A program made the position numbers and the translations under genes. Below, piece by piece: positions 50,378-60,620 of a stretch of DNA of 64,000 nucleotides. The notes under the pieces are model-generated. The model had not been told where the DNA came from. It was given only the letters and a program-made list of their open reading frames with translations, and did not search any database. The first letter of the stretch is position 1. Each line of letters begins with the position of its first letter. Source of the DNA: a virus; IMG/VR virus record IMGVR_UViG_3300032223_001943, positions 1 through 64,000 of that record; one strand, given 5' to 3'.

Positions 50378-50899
50378 TTAAGATAAAAACCCAATTATTT
50401 TTTCTTTAACACCGCATTGTTTGATACCTTCATTGTGTGGTCGTTTTGTTTGAACAAAATTTTCTAATTCAGATAAATCCATATCGTCAACCGCAACCCA
50501 GTGTGTAACTTCTGGGTGATCTTCCAAATATTTATTAACCTCCAAAACACGAATTGTTTCAATATCGATAGTTGATTTTAATAAATGATATTTTTCTTCA
50601 TCAAAATCTTTTAAGTTGGGGGTATAATCAATGGGGGGTTTAATCCCACGAGTAATATACATTTCCTTCATCTGTTCCAAGGTACCAGGTAATTTCCAAT
50701 CCGAAGAAATTACAAGTTCACAACCAGTGGTTTCAATAATATTGTTTAGAATTTTAATAGCCTTAAAATCAAAATTATCCATTCTAATATCCAATGGTGT
50801 TAAAGGGTTTGAATCAAAACCCTTCTTCTTAAAACGACTCCCCCATTGATCGGATAAACAAATTACACCATCGTGATCCAAAAAAATTATTTTTTTCAT
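50378..50899 (-). CDS. HAD-family protein (RNA-repair 'Swiss army knife' type)
   Basis: IIFLD.DGV, VISSDW, WVAVDD motifs. Confidence 0.8.
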   Translation of the reverse strand: MKKIIFLDHDGVICLSDQWGSRFKKKGFDSNPLTPLDIRMDNFDFKAIKILNNIIETTGCELVISSDWKLPGTLEQMKEMYITRGIKPPIDYTPNLKDFDEEKYHLLKSTIDIETIRVLEVNKYLEDHPEVTHWVAVDDMDLSELENFVQTKRPHNEGIKQCGVKEKIIGFLS

Positions 50900-50928
50900 T
50901 TCTATTATTGTTTTTACGAAGATACGAA

Positions 50929-51117
50929 TTATTTGCAATCATTGTCAATTATCCTTGAGAAATATTGAGCAACTAAACCCATAATACCTGAAGAAAACCA
51001 GGCAATAGCTTCAGAAGTTAATCCGTCCAAGGCGATTGTTAAAAAACATGCGATAAATGAAACTACCGAGTTTAATGTAAAAATATAAGTTAAAATTAAA
51101 TTCAAAAAATTCTTCAT
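50929..51117 (-). CDS. Small membrane protein
   Basis: Two hydrophobic segments. Confidence 0.55.
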   Translation of the reverse strand: MKNFLNLILTYIFTLNSVVSFIACFLTIALDGLTSEAIAWFSSGIMGLVAQYFSRIIDNDCK

Positions 51118-51198
51118 GTTAAATAATAAAAGTTAAAGGTAATGAAAAACCCAGGATAATAAAGATTAACCTGGGTTAAAAAGTGAATTTATGACTTT

Positions 51199-52476
51199 TT
51201 ATTTCACTTCCTCGTAGTCAACATCTGAAAATTCATCACCTCCGGTCGTGTTTTCGGAATTCGTTTGTTCAGACAATACTTGTGTGATTTCATTGAATTT
51301 ACCATTAAGGTTATCAATCTTATTCTGGATGTTTGTAACATCTTTATTATTGTACGAATCCTTTAATTCCGTAATTAACGTGTTAAGGTCAGTTTTTTGT
51401 TCTTCGGTTAATTTATCTTCAATATCTTTTACCGATTTTTCAGATTGGAATATCACACCATCCGCTTTATTTAACAACTCAACTTCTTCACGTAGTTTAT
51501 TATCCGCGTCAGCATTCGCTTCAGCTTCCGCCTTCATTCGTTCAATTTCTTCTTTTGATAACCCAGACGAAGCTGTAATAACGATTTTTTGTTCTTTACC
51601 TGTAGCTTGATCTGTTGCACTAACATTGATAATTCCATTTGCATCCACATCAAAATTTACGGCTATTTGCGGTACCCCTCGTTGTGCTGGTAAGATACCA
51701 TTCAATTGGAATTTACCAATAGTTTTATTATCTGCCGCCATTGGTCGTTCACCTTGTAGTACGTGAATATCCACCGCGGATTGGTTATCTGACGCCGTTG
51801 AGAATATTTGTGATTTTTTGGTCGGAATTGTTGTGTTAGCATCAATTAATTTCGTAAATACACCGCCCATTGTTTCAATACCCAATGATAATGGGATAAC
51901 ATCTAATAATAACACATCTTTAACATCCCCAGCTAGTACACCACCTTGGATTGCAGCACCTAACGCTACTACTTCATCCGGATTAACCCCTTTTGATGGT
52001 TCTTTACCGAAGAATTTTTTAACCGCATCCTGGATTGCAGGAATTCTTGTTGAACCACCAACTAAAATCACTTCATCAATATCGCTAGTTTTTAATCCGG
52101 CGTTATCTAATGCCGTTTGACAAGGTTTAATTGTTCTGTTAATTAATGATTCACACAATTGTTCAAACTTCGCTCTAGATAAAGATAATACCAAGTGTTT
52201 TGGTACACCATCAACTGGCATTAAATAAGGTAAATTAACTTCCGTTGTTAATGAAGATGATAACTCAACTTTAGCTTTTTCTGCGGCTTCTTTTAATCGT
52301 TGTAACGCCATTGGATCTTGACTAACATCAATACCATTTTCATCCTTAAATGATTCAACCAAATAATCAATAATAACCTGGTCGAAGTCATCCCCTCCAA
52401 GGTGGGTATCCCCATCTGTCGATAATACTTCAAAAACACCATCCCCTAATTCAAGGATTGAAACATCATGTGTTCC
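51199..52476 (-). CDS. dnaK: DnaK exon 2
   Basis: [52 protein letters not shown]. Confidence 0.95.
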   Translation of the reverse strand, partial: GTHDVSILELGDGVFEVLSTDGDTHLGGDDFDQVIIDYLVESFKDENGIDVSQDPMALQRLKEAAEKAKVELSSSLTTEVNLPYLMPVDGVPKHLVLSLSRAKFEQLCESLINRTIKPCQTALDNAGLKTSDIDEVILVGGSTRIPAIQDAVKKFFGKEPSKGVNPDEVVALGAAIQGGVLAGDVKDVLLLDVIPLSLGIETMGGVFTKLIDANTTIPTKKSQIFSTASDNQSAVDIHVLQGERPMAADNKTIGKFQLNGILPAQRGVPQIAVNFDVDANGIINVSATDQATGKEQKIVITASSGLSKEEIERMKAEAEANADADNKLREEVELLNKADGVIFQSEKSVKDIEDKLTEEQKTDLNTLITELKDSYNNKDVTNIQNKIDNLNGKFNEITQVLSEQTNSENTTGGDEFSDVDYEEVK

Positions 52477-52814
52477 CATATGTTATCGTTAAGCTCTTTA
52501 TCTTAACTTCTTATATTTTCATATAAGTTCAGACTATATCTTCACTTTTACAAGTGATCGGTGTTCGTGGTTATTTCATCTTGTTTAAGACTACTTTAAC
52601 TAGTCGTTGAACGTTCATCTTATCACTAAGACGCTTCGCTGCGGATTGCCCAATGTTAATCTATTTTACCATACCCAAATCATTATATTTGGCCACAAAA
52701 TGTATCACTACTTTTGCTTGGTTGATCAACCTCTAAGGGGTTCCCCGTCAATTAACCGATTTTTAATTATTTCTTTTGTTAGTTTAAACAAAAGGCGGAG
52801 GCAGATAACAGTTT
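52477..52814 (-). mobile_element. Group I intron (338 nt, no ORF) in dnaK
   Basis: Exon 1 ends GGT GGU and the intron ends in G; P AATTGACGGGGAA, Q AATCCGCAGC, R GTTCAACGACTAG, S AAGATATAGTCT; removal restores FDCGGGTHDVS. Confidence 0.93.
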
Positions 52815-53396
52815 ACCACCGCAGTCAAAAACGACAATTTTTGCGTCTTTTGATTTTTTATCTAAACCATACGCTAACGCTGCAGCTGTAGGTTCTGAAA
52901 TTATACGTCTAACATTAAACCCCGCAATTTCCCCTGCTTCTTTTGTTGCTTGACGTTGTGCGTCATTAAAATATGCTGGTACTGTAATAACCGCTTCAGT
53001 GATTGTTGTCCCCAAATAATCTTCAGCCGTTTTTTTCATCTTTTGAAGAATTGTCGCTGAAATTTCTTGTGGTGAATATTCTTTACCATCAATTGACACT
53101 CTAGGTGAATTTCCACCCCCTCTAACTACCGAATAAGGTACGCGTTCAATTTCACTTTTTGATTCGTCAAAAGTTGTTCCCATAAAACGTTTAATTGAGT
53201 AAATCGTTTTTGTTGGGTTAGTGATTGCTTGTCTTTTCGCCGGATCACCAACTTTACGTTCATCATTTACAAACGCTACCACTGAAGGTGTCGTCCTTTT
53301 CCCCTCACTATTTGGAATGATAACAACATCATTACCTTCCATAACAGCACAAGCGGAGTTTGAAGTTCCTAAATCTATACCTAAGATTTTTCCCAT
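52815..53396 (-). CDS. dnaK: DnaK exon 1
   Basis: [48 protein letters not shown]. Confidence 0.95.
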
Positions 53397-53444
53397 ACTT
53401 AATTTATTATTTATTTGTTTATTTTTTTGTTTGGTAAAAACATA

Positions 53445-53459
53445 ATCAAAATCATACCA
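53445..53459 (-). promoter_or_regulatory. Possible sigma-54-type promoter upstream of dnaK
   Basis: TGGTATGATTTTGAT compared with consensus TGGCACRNNNTTGCW; two CCTGACAA copies just upstream. Confidence 0.35.
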
Positions 53460-53542
53460 ATAATCAAATTAGGACAAATTGTCAGGAAAAATATATACTT
53501 GTCAGGTTTTTTTTATTAAAAAAATATTATTATATTTGCTAC

Positions 53543-53704
53543 ATGGCAAAAAAGAAAATAGAAAATGAAGAAATTCCCCAACAATACGAAAAAGTGATGG
53601 AATATGATGATTGTACTATCATCTGGAAATATGATAAAAGAAAAAGTCATTTCAACCCCTACGAAGTTGAAATGAAATATAAGAAAACGAAATCAAAAGA
53701 TTAA
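53543..53704 (+). CDS. Small hypothetical protein (53 aa)
   Basis: MAKKKIENEEIPQQYEKVMEYDDCTIIWKYD...; TATATTTG immediately upstream. Confidence 0.6.
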   Translation: MAKKKIENEEIPQQYEKVMEYDDCTIIWKYDKRKSHFNPYEVEMKYKKTKSKD

Positions 53705-54141
53705 TCGTCGTTTTTGATATCTTTTTTGATTTGTTTGAATTTTCGAATCATTTCCGCAAAAACAATCCAAATACTTCTATTACCCAACTTAACGGATGTT
53801 TCATCCATTGACTTCACTTCAATGTATATGAATGATACCGCCATCGCTTTAGTTAAGATAAATTCAATATTCATGATTTTAGTACCGTTCAATATGAACT
53901 TATCAATGAAAAACATACCAATAGTCGCACCTAGATAAAAGAATAATTTAACAACAACGTTAAACAATTTCGTTGATTTCAATCCCTTAATTCCCTCCAT
54001 CCTAATAACACGATAAATACCGAATACGGTATCCAATAAAGTAAAAAATAATAAAGTGTAAATAATTCCTGAAATGGGAGCCAAAAACGTCCCTATTATT
54101 CCAAACATTTGGAATATATGTTTTGAGATAATACTCTTCAT
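53701..54141 (-). CDS. Phage holin family protein
   Basis: FLAPI, LD...GI, S.KL.....K...Y, IE.KS.DE pattern; three TM segments; adjacent to endolysin. Confidence 0.75.
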   Translation of the reverse strand: MKSIISKHIFQMFGIIGTFLAPISGIIYTLLFFTLLDTVFGIYRVIRMEGIKGLKSTKLFNVVVKLFFYLGATIGMFFIDKFILNGTKIMNIEFILTKAMAVSFIYIEVKSMDETSVKLGNRSIWIVFAEMIRKFKQIKKDIKNDD

Positions 54142-54308
54142 ATGAAGGTTTTATTAAAAGTAAAGTTTTATTGACAATAAATATTCATCATTTTATAAAA
54201 AATTCATTCAATAATCATTATTCTTTTTTATCCTCGATTTTTAATATCAAAACAATTAAAAAAACTTTTATTATTCTTTTTGAGAATATTTATCTTAAAA
54301 GAAATCTT

Positions 54309-55121
54309 ATGTTAAAAATCGGTTCAACTGGTGAAGATGTTAAAAAACTTCAAACCAAATTGGGTCTAACTCCAGATGGAGTATTTGGACCAGCAACAGA
54401 ACGTAAAGTTAAAGAATGGCAACGTAGTAATGGTTTAACTGACGATGGTATTGTCGGACAACAAACCTGGGAAAAATTAAAGTTGGGTATGATGATTAAA
54501 GAAGATGTGAAATCAACATCAAAATTCAAAATCGATAAACTTAGGGGGATAATACCTGAAGAAGTTATTAACCAAATTGAATCTGTTTGTGATAAATTTA
54601 ATATTAACACACCGATCCGTTTAGCACACTTCTTAGCACAATGTGCCCATGAAAGTGGGAATTTCCGAGCAACTGTTGAAAATCTAAATTATTCGTCGGA
54701 TTCATTAAAAAAAGTATTTCCAAAATACTTCCCAAACAACCTATCCGAATCATATGCTAAAAACCCAGAAAAAATCGCTTCAAGGGTATATGGGAATAGA
54801 ATGGGTAATGGGGATGAACTATCTGGTGAAGGATGGAAATTCCGTGGTCGTGGTTATCTACAAACTACCGGTAAAGAAAATTATCGATTATTGGGTCAAT
54901 TTCTAAAAGAAGATTTAATTTCAAACCCCGATCTTGTATCAACCAAATATTCATTGGCTTCCGCGGCGTTTTTCTTTAATTCTAACGGACTTTGGAGTAT
55001 TTGTGATAAAGGAATATCGGAAGATGTTGTTAAAGCTCTTACGAAGAGAATAAATGGGGGATTTCATGGTCTTGAAGATCGGATAAACCAATTCGTTAAA
55101 TTCTATAATATTCTGAAATAG
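54309..55121 (+). CDS. Endolysin: peptidoglycan-binding domain + GH19 chitinase-like domain
   Basis: LKIGS.GEDVKKLQ..LG..DG.FGP.T; AHFLAQCAHESG.F..ENLNYS; FRGRG.LQ.TG..NY; T.RINGG..GL.DR. Confidence 0.92.
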   Translation: MLKIGSTGEDVKKLQTKLGLTPDGVFGPATERKVKEWQRSNGLTDDGIVGQQTWEKLKLGMMIKEDVKSTSKFKIDKLRGIIPEEVINQIESVCDKFNINTPIRLAHFLAQCAHESGNFRATVENLNYSSDSLKKVFPKYFPNNLSESYAKNPEKIASRVYGNRMGNGDELSGEGWKFRGRGYLQTTGKENYRLLGQFLKEDLISNPDLVSTKYSLASAAFFFNSNGLWSICDKGISEDVVKALTKRINGGFHGLEDRINQFVKFYNILK

Positions 55122-55156
55122 AAATGATAACCCCCACCTTTTGGAATGGGGGTTTT

Positions 55157-55552
55157 TTATTTGTCATATCTAAAAGAATTTCCGGCGGTAGTGTTACCTA
55201 ATTCGGGATAATATTCATGTAACCATTTTGATAATAATTCTTGAATATCATCGTACATCATTCCTTTTATCGTTGCGAAGTATTGCCAAATCTTATCATG
55301 TGAAAAAAATGTATATGGACTTTTTAGATCGGTGGTGAAAAAAATAACATTATCAAAAGAATCCTTATAAATCAACATCTTTTCATCGTTAACTATTGAA
55401 CTAATTCCAATATAATCATCCATGAATCTAATTGGGTCTTCACCCTCAAAACATTCTTTAATCAATGATTGAGTTCCAACAAGTTGAATGGCGGACTTAA
55501 TATCATTGAATTTAATGAAGTATTTTAACCTAGATTTCAATAGTGGTTTCAT
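55157..55552 (-). CDS. Divergent paralog family member 5
   Basis: AIQLVG...LIK..F....P..F.D.Y ... IW.YF.......YDDI..LL..WL...Y..LG resembles members 1-4. Confidence 0.6.
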   Translation of the reverse strand: MKPLLKSRLKYFIKFNDIKSAIQLVGTQSLIKECFEGEDPIRFMDDYIGISSIVNDEKMLIYKDSFDNVIFFTTDLKSPYTFFSHDKIWQYFATIKGMMYDDIQELLSKWLHEYYPELGNTTAGNSFRYDK

Positions 55553-55553
55553 G

Positions 55554-56264
55554 TTACATAAAAACTATTTCATTGGTAATAGGATTCCAATCAACATTCC
55601 AAGGTGATTGTGTGTAAATGTATCGTTCGTTCAATACTGAAGTGTTGAAGTAGTGTGTATGGCCGTCGAAATAATGACCATATCCAGTATGGATGTGGCC
55701 GCAAATGTGAATTTTAGGTTTAATTTCCTTGATTCGTTCCGCCAATAATTCACACCCCAAGTGTTGTCCTCGTTTACCTTCAACATCATCCAAGAACCCA
55801 TAAGCCGGACCATGTGTGATTAAGATATCCGTATTTTCTGGAATCATATTCCATTTGGATTGTAACCCAGGTCCATTTTTGGGTAAGTTAAACGCCCAAT
55901 TATAAAATTCTGGTTGCCATGGTGTACCATAGATACGAATATTTTCTTCTGGTTTATCACCATTCGGACCATCAAGGTATAAAACCAATTCTTCATCTTC
56001 CAAATAATCAACAGTTTTATAACCGGTTAATAAACCTCTACATTGATCTGGTTTTGTTTGGAATCCCCAATCATGATTCCCTGCGATAAATACTTTTGTG
56101 TCGTAGTTATCGATTTTATCGAACCAAGTTAAGAAATCTTCAATTTCTGGTTTATACCCCATCGAGGATATATCACCAGCATGAATTAATATGTCACCAC
56201 CAGGTAAATCACCAGTTAATGATTTGTGTTTATTGTGTGTGTCGGAAATAAAAGTTAGTTTCAT
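55554..56264 (-). CDS. Calcineurin-like metallophosphoesterase
   Basis: ISDTH, HAGD, AGNHD, ITHGP, CGHIH motifs. Confidence 0.93.
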   Translation of the reverse strand: MKLTFISDTHNKHKSLTGDLPGGDILIHAGDISSMGYKPEIEDFLTWFDKIDNYDTKVFIAGNHDWGFQTKPDQCRGLLTGYKTVDYLEDEELVLYLDGPNGDKPEENIRIYGTPWQPEFYNWAFNLPKNGPGLQSKWNMIPENTDILITHGPAYGFLDDVEGKRGQHLGCELLAERIKEIKPKIHICGHIHTGYGHYFDGHTHYFNTSVLNERYIYTQSPWNVDWNPITNEIVFM

Positions 56265-56277
56265 TTTGTTTAATTTT

Positions 56278-56781
56278 TTATAAAGATAACAATTTTTGTT
56301 GATTAATTGGGAAAATCATTTCTTTATCTTCCAAAAATAGCAAATCATTTTGGGTTAAAGATTTTTTTCCATGTTTCAATATTTTATCCAGGATATCGTC
56401 TTTTGTCATGTAGTTGTTTCTATATTGGAAAAATGTAAATTCCATATCCGATTTTGCGAATCCAAATATATTACAGTCAAACATATCGTAAAGTACGGAT
56501 TCGGTTATTTCTTCAATAGTTGTGTAACCTTCAAAACCTTCATGTAGTTTATCGTCAATTCCCTTGAATTGTTTAATTTCCGATTCGGTCATGATTAGTA
56601 CTGCGTACATTCGATCACCCTCCTCCCAGTCACAAACGTTGCCGTCATATAAAAAGAAATTATTATTATAATCATCAATGATATCATCGGCAATTTCATT
56701 CTCGTGTTGGGTCAACCTGGTTAATCCTAGTTCAGTATCTTCAGTTGAATAAGTTGATATTACTTTATAAATTTTTTTCAT
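56278..56781 (-). CDS. Hypothetical protein
   Basis: ORF with C-terminal D.ILDKI...G..SLT..D..FL motif. Confidence 0.7.
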   Translation of the reverse strand: MKKIYKVISTYSTEDTELGLTRLTQHENEIADDIIDDYNNNFFLYDGNVCDWEEGDRMYAVLIMTESEIKQFKGIDDKLHEGFEGYTTIEEITESVLYDMFDCNIFGFAKSDMEFTFFQYRNNYMTKDDILDKILKHGKKSLTQNDLLFLEDKEMIFPINQQKLLSL

Positions 56782-57084
56782 TTTTCAGTTAGTTCGCGAT
56801 TATCTATTTTTTGAAATATGGATTCGTTGAAGTTATCATTTTCAAACCAAAATTCGAATCCATCAAAAAAATAAATTTTCCAATTTTCTTTTAAGCACCA
56901 ATAATATCCAACAGCACGCATTATATTAATTTTTTGAAATCTTCAAGGTTGAAACTATTTTCTTTTTTTCCAAGGTTATAGGTTGTATATGATTTATCTT
57001 CATTTTGAATTTTGATCATAAGATATCCCAATTCAGAAACATAAATGTTTTCCAGTTCACCAATTCCTTTTTGTGTTTTAACTT

Positions 57085-57687
57085 TTAATCCCACCATTTT
57101 TCGATATTATTCTCCATTATCTTGAAAAGTAATTTACGACATCTAGCTTGATTTTCGTAGGAAATTTCCATCGCAATAATTTGTTTATCTTTTTCTTCAA
57201 TGGATCTATTGAATCGATTAACTTCACCAGACATTACTCGTTTATATTGAATAGGATATTTTTTGAAGTATTCATCAAAATTTTCAGATATTAATTCAAC
57301 ATCCATTATTTTTGAATCTTTATATTTCGTTGGAATATCGTCTTCATCCGTGACATCTAACCAATTGATTTTAGATTCGTGATAATCCATATATTCCATA
57401 TCATAATAATCATCCTGACAACGTTGAATTAGTTCACAACATAACTTCATTATTTCAGCATCACGCTTCGCTCTTGTGTGTCTATCTTTACCTCCGATAT
57501 AATCCGCTTGTTTCTTTAACTTGAATTTAATTATTTCATAAATGAAATTATGATCCCAATCACGATCCTTCCATATAACTGGAACCCATTTAACTAAATT
57601 TTTAATACCTTCCCTTAAATTATATGGTAACTCCTTGAAGAACCCCTCGATTTTCCAATATAATTCTTGTATTTTTAGATTTTTCAT
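57085..57687 (-). CDS. Hypothetical phage protein (W..DRDWD ... WWD family)
   Basis: ORF track. Confidence 0.75.
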   Translation of the reverse strand: MKNLKIQELYWKIEGFFKELPYNLREGIKNLVKWVPVIWKDRDWDHNFIYEIIKFKLKKQADYIGGKDRHTRAKRDAEIMKLCCELIQRCQDDYYDMEYMDYHESKINWLDVTDEDDIPTKYKDSKIMDVELISENFDEYFKKYPIQYKRVMSGEVNRFNRSIEEKDKQIIAMEISYENQARCRKLLFKIMENNIEKWWD

Positions 57688-57810
57688 AAAAAAATTATTT
57701 TTTTTTGGTTTTAACTATTGACTTTGAAAAATTTGCATTTAAATATATATTATATATTAACTAGTTAATAATAAATAACCCATTTAAATATAATAAATTA
57801 ATCTAAATTA

Positions 57811-58026
57811 TTAAATAATTTCTTTTAATTTATTTAATCTAATATTTTTTAATTTATTAAAATTATTAGTTAATTTAATTAGTATTATATTACTAATAAA
57901 GGCCCCCCATTTGCCCAAAAAGTTCTGAAACAACTTTTCTGACGTTTCTAGTTGTGAAAAAGTGGTGGAAGACTCCATAACTTTAACCACCCATTTATAT
58001 TCAATATCAATTTGTAAAAATTCCAT
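57811..58026 (-). CDS. Hypothetical protein
   Basis: 71-aa ORF with very AT-rich 3' half. Confidence 0.5.
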   Translation of the reverse strand: MEFLQIDIEYKWVVKVMESSTTFSQLETSEKLFQNFLGKWGAFISNIILIKLTNNFNKLKNIRLNKLKEII

Positions 58027-58134
58027 ATTATTTTTTTCTTCAAAGATAATACATTTTCAATCATTATTCAAACAATTTATTTATTTATCAATTAAAATTT
58101 TTTGTCTATTTTTTAGTTGTAATGTTATTATTCA

Positions 58135-58404
58135 ATGAAGGAAGCAATCCAGTTACTTATTAATCGAATGAAAAAAGATGAATTAGTTTTATTGTTTGGT
58201 GAAAATAGTAAAGTTGAGGTTAACTACGTGAAATATTTAACAAATAAAAAAATTCATCATATCGATTGTAAATTATATGTTGGTTCCTTCAACGAAGAAG
58301 AATTTTTATTCTTATATCCTGAAGCTATGAATTCAATAATATATGAAGTTTGGAATTTCATCGGTAACTACGAACCTCTATCCATTACATTATCCTATGA
58401 ATAA
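58135..58404 (+). CDS. Hypothetical protein
   Basis: ORF track. Confidence 0.65.
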   Translation: MKEAIQLLINRMKKDELVLLFGENSKVEVNYVKYLTNKKIHHIDCKLYVGSFNEEEFLFLYPEAMNSIIYEVWNFIGNYEPLSITLSYE

Positions 58405-58516
58405 GGTTATTTTCCTTGGATTTAACGAACTTTTAGACCAATATTCGATTCAACCCCTTGACAAACCAAAAAAAACCAATTAAACTTAACTTATAAAACT
58501 TAATTAAACATTTATT

Positions 58517-58945
58517 ATGAAAAAAGCTGAAAACGGAAATTCAATCACAGTTCATTACACTGGTAAATTTGAAAATGGTGAAGTATTTGATACATCATTA
58601 ATGGAAGGTAGAGAACCTTTAACTACAGTATTGTCAGAAGAAACAAACCTTATTAAAGGTTTTACTGAAGCGTTATACGGATTAACTGAAGGTGAGAAAA
58701 AAACTATTGAACTTAATCCTGAAGAGGCGTATGGTGAAGTGTCTCAAGACTTAATTTCTGACGTTCCATTGGAAAATATGCCAGAAGGTGTTAAAGTTGG
58801 TGATACACTTCAAGCACAAGGACCAGATGGGGTATTCAACGTAACAGTAACTGAAGTAAATGAAACTACAGCTAAAGTTGATGCTAACCACCCATTAGCA
58901 GGGAAAAAATTAATTTTTGACCTTGAGGTTGTAAGCGTAGACTAA
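58517..58945 (+). CDS. FKBP-type peptidyl-prolyl isomerase (SlyD/FkpB-like)
   Basis: VHYTG....GEVFDTS, LI.GF.EAL, PEEAYG, VDANHPLAGK.L.F.LEV. Confidence 0.93.
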   Translation: MKKAENGNSITVHYTGKFENGEVFDTSLMEGREPLTTVLSEETNLIKGFTEALYGLTEGEKKTIELNPEEAYGEVSQDLISDVPLENMPEGVKVGDTLQAQGPDGVFNVTVTEVNETTAKVDANHPLAGKKLIFDLEVVSVD

Positions 58946-59021
58946 TTGTTATCACAACAAAAATAACCCCCAACTAAACCCTGGGGGTTTTTAATTAAAA
59001 TAAACCAATAAATTCATTAAT

Positions 59022-59354
59022 ATGAACGAAAAATTAAAATCGTTTTTGGAAACAACAAGAAAAGTGGTCAACAAACTATTTCTTTATGTTGTTATCGCGG
59101 GATCTATCATTGCCGCATACATATTTGGTGCGGAACATACCAAATTAACCCAAAAACCAGTCAAACATAAGGTTGAGGTGTTAAAAATTAAAAAATCGGA
59201 TGTTAATCTGGCAATTGATGAAGATAACCACTTAATCATCATTAATAACAAAACTGGTAACTATACCATGTATCAAGATTCTATTGGTAAAACAATATTC
59301 AAGTTGTACGCTAAAAATGTGTGGGGTCAAAATTCCACATTAATGGTTAAATAA
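59022..59354 (+). CDS. Membrane-anchored hypothetical protein
   Basis: Single N-terminal TM helix. Confidence 0.7.
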   Translation: MNEKLKSFLETTRKVVNKLFLYVVIAGSIIAAYIFGAEHTKLTQKPVKHKVEVLKIKKSDVNLAIDEDNHLIIINNKTGNYTMYQDSIGKTIFKLYAKNVWGQNSTLMVK

Positions 59355-59360
59355 TATATT

Positions 59361-59909
59361 ATGAAGTTACGTGAAATAGTTTTATTGATCCTTATAACAT
59401 TTTCTTCAATAATTTATATTTCATATGATAATATTGAATCAAAAAAACACTATAATTATATTGATATTGAGTTGGGGGATAAGAAGTTGAATATCCCCCA
59501 ACCCATTTCAATGAAGATGTATGATGAAATATTAAGATATTCAAAAAGGTATAAAGTACCGAAACATATTGCGTTTAACATTGCGTATATGGAAACAAAA
59601 TACCGGGGACCATTTCATTTTGATTATGAACATAATTTATCATCTGGGGCTGGTGCTGTAGGTCCAATGCAAATTAAACCTAGTACTGCCAATTATGTTC
59701 ATGATAAACAAATATCTTCACACCATTTACGAAATAATGTACGGTTGAATATTCAGACTAGTATGAAGTTATTACGTTTGTTATACGATAGATATCGTGA
59801 TTGGAAGGTCGCTTGTGGGTGTTATAATACAGGTAGACCAATGATTAATGGTTACGCGTTATTTTGTGTGAATAATAAGGATTATAGAAGATTTTGGCAT
59901 ACGGTTTAA
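59361..59909 (+). CDS. Lytic transglycosylase (SLT) with signal anchor
   Basis: IA..ET, S.AGAVGPMQI.P.TA, NI..S.K.L, YNTG motifs. Confidence 0.85.
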   Translation: MKLREIVLLILITFSSIIYISYDNIESKKHYNYIDIELGDKKLNIPQPISMKMYDEILRYSKRYKVPKHIAFNIAYMETKYRGPFHFDYEHNLSSGAGAVGPMQIKPSTANYVHDKQISSHHLRNNVRLNIQTSMKLLRLLYDRYRDWKVACGCYNTGRPMINGYALFCVNNKDYRRFWHTV

Positions 59910-60154
59910 CCTAATTTTAGAGGGTTAGATTTAGTTAATTCTATAAAATTATTATGTGCTCGTTCCAACATTTCCTTATGTTGAGTTGAACTTGGTATAT
60001 AATAATCACCAATATTATCTTCATTCATTTCAATTTCAACCCCGTTTTTTCTAAAAACCCATACATTTATTCCAACATCATTAACCCCTTGAGTTATCAA
60101 TTCATAACCCAATTCTTTTTGTAAAAGAATGGCTAATAACTCGGATTTATTCAT
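59906..60154 (-). CDS. Hypothetical protein
   Basis: ORF track. Confidence 0.6.
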   Translation of the reverse strand: MNKSELLAILLQKELGYELITQGVNDVGINVWVFRKNGVEIEMNEDNIGDYYIPSSTQHKEMLERAHNNFIELTKSNPLKLG

Positions 60155-60162
60155 TTGGGGGG

Positions 60163-60582
60163 TTATATTAATTTTTTCAATAAATTGATGACGATTTGTT
60201 CATACATCATTTCCTCCATTTCTGGAAAATGTTTTTCAAACTTCTTAATCACTTTACCAGCTTCGGCGTTTGCCTCATCTTCATTTTGTCCACCGATATC
60301 TGGACCATGTTCACGATTAAGAATGGTCATTTGGTATTCATGAACCCATTCATGTGCTAGGGTGCGACAAATATCACGATTCATTCGGTTTTTAGTTAAT
60401 ACTTTAATTTCATTGTCATTACGACTACCAGTTGTCATTGAACCAGTACGATCACCCAAAAAACTAACAATAACGTCACCCTTCAATGGGTATTCTTTTT
60501 GTAGGTATTTAACAAATTCATTATAGAAATCATAATGTTTTTTATCAATACCAGAATTTTTATGTTTAACTATTACCTTCAT
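60163..60582 (-). CDS. Zincin-like metallopeptidase
   Basis: RTLAHEWVH.YQ ... EDEANA.AG motif. Confidence 0.75.
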   Translation of the reverse strand: MKVIVKHKNSGIDKKHYDFYNEFVKYLQKEYPLKGDVIVSFLGDRTGSMTTGSRNDNEIKVLTKNRMNRDICRTLAHEWVHEYQMTILNREHGPDIGGQNEDEANAEAGKVIKKFEKHFPEMEEMMYEQIVINLLKKLI

Positions 60583-60620
60583 TTATTATAAATATTAATA
60601 TTTATAAAAAAACATTTATC

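Noticed and set aside
52607-52891. 94-aa ORF as an intron-encoded homing endonuclease
   Set aside because: Antisense to the intron, overlaps exon 1 and has no nuclease motif.
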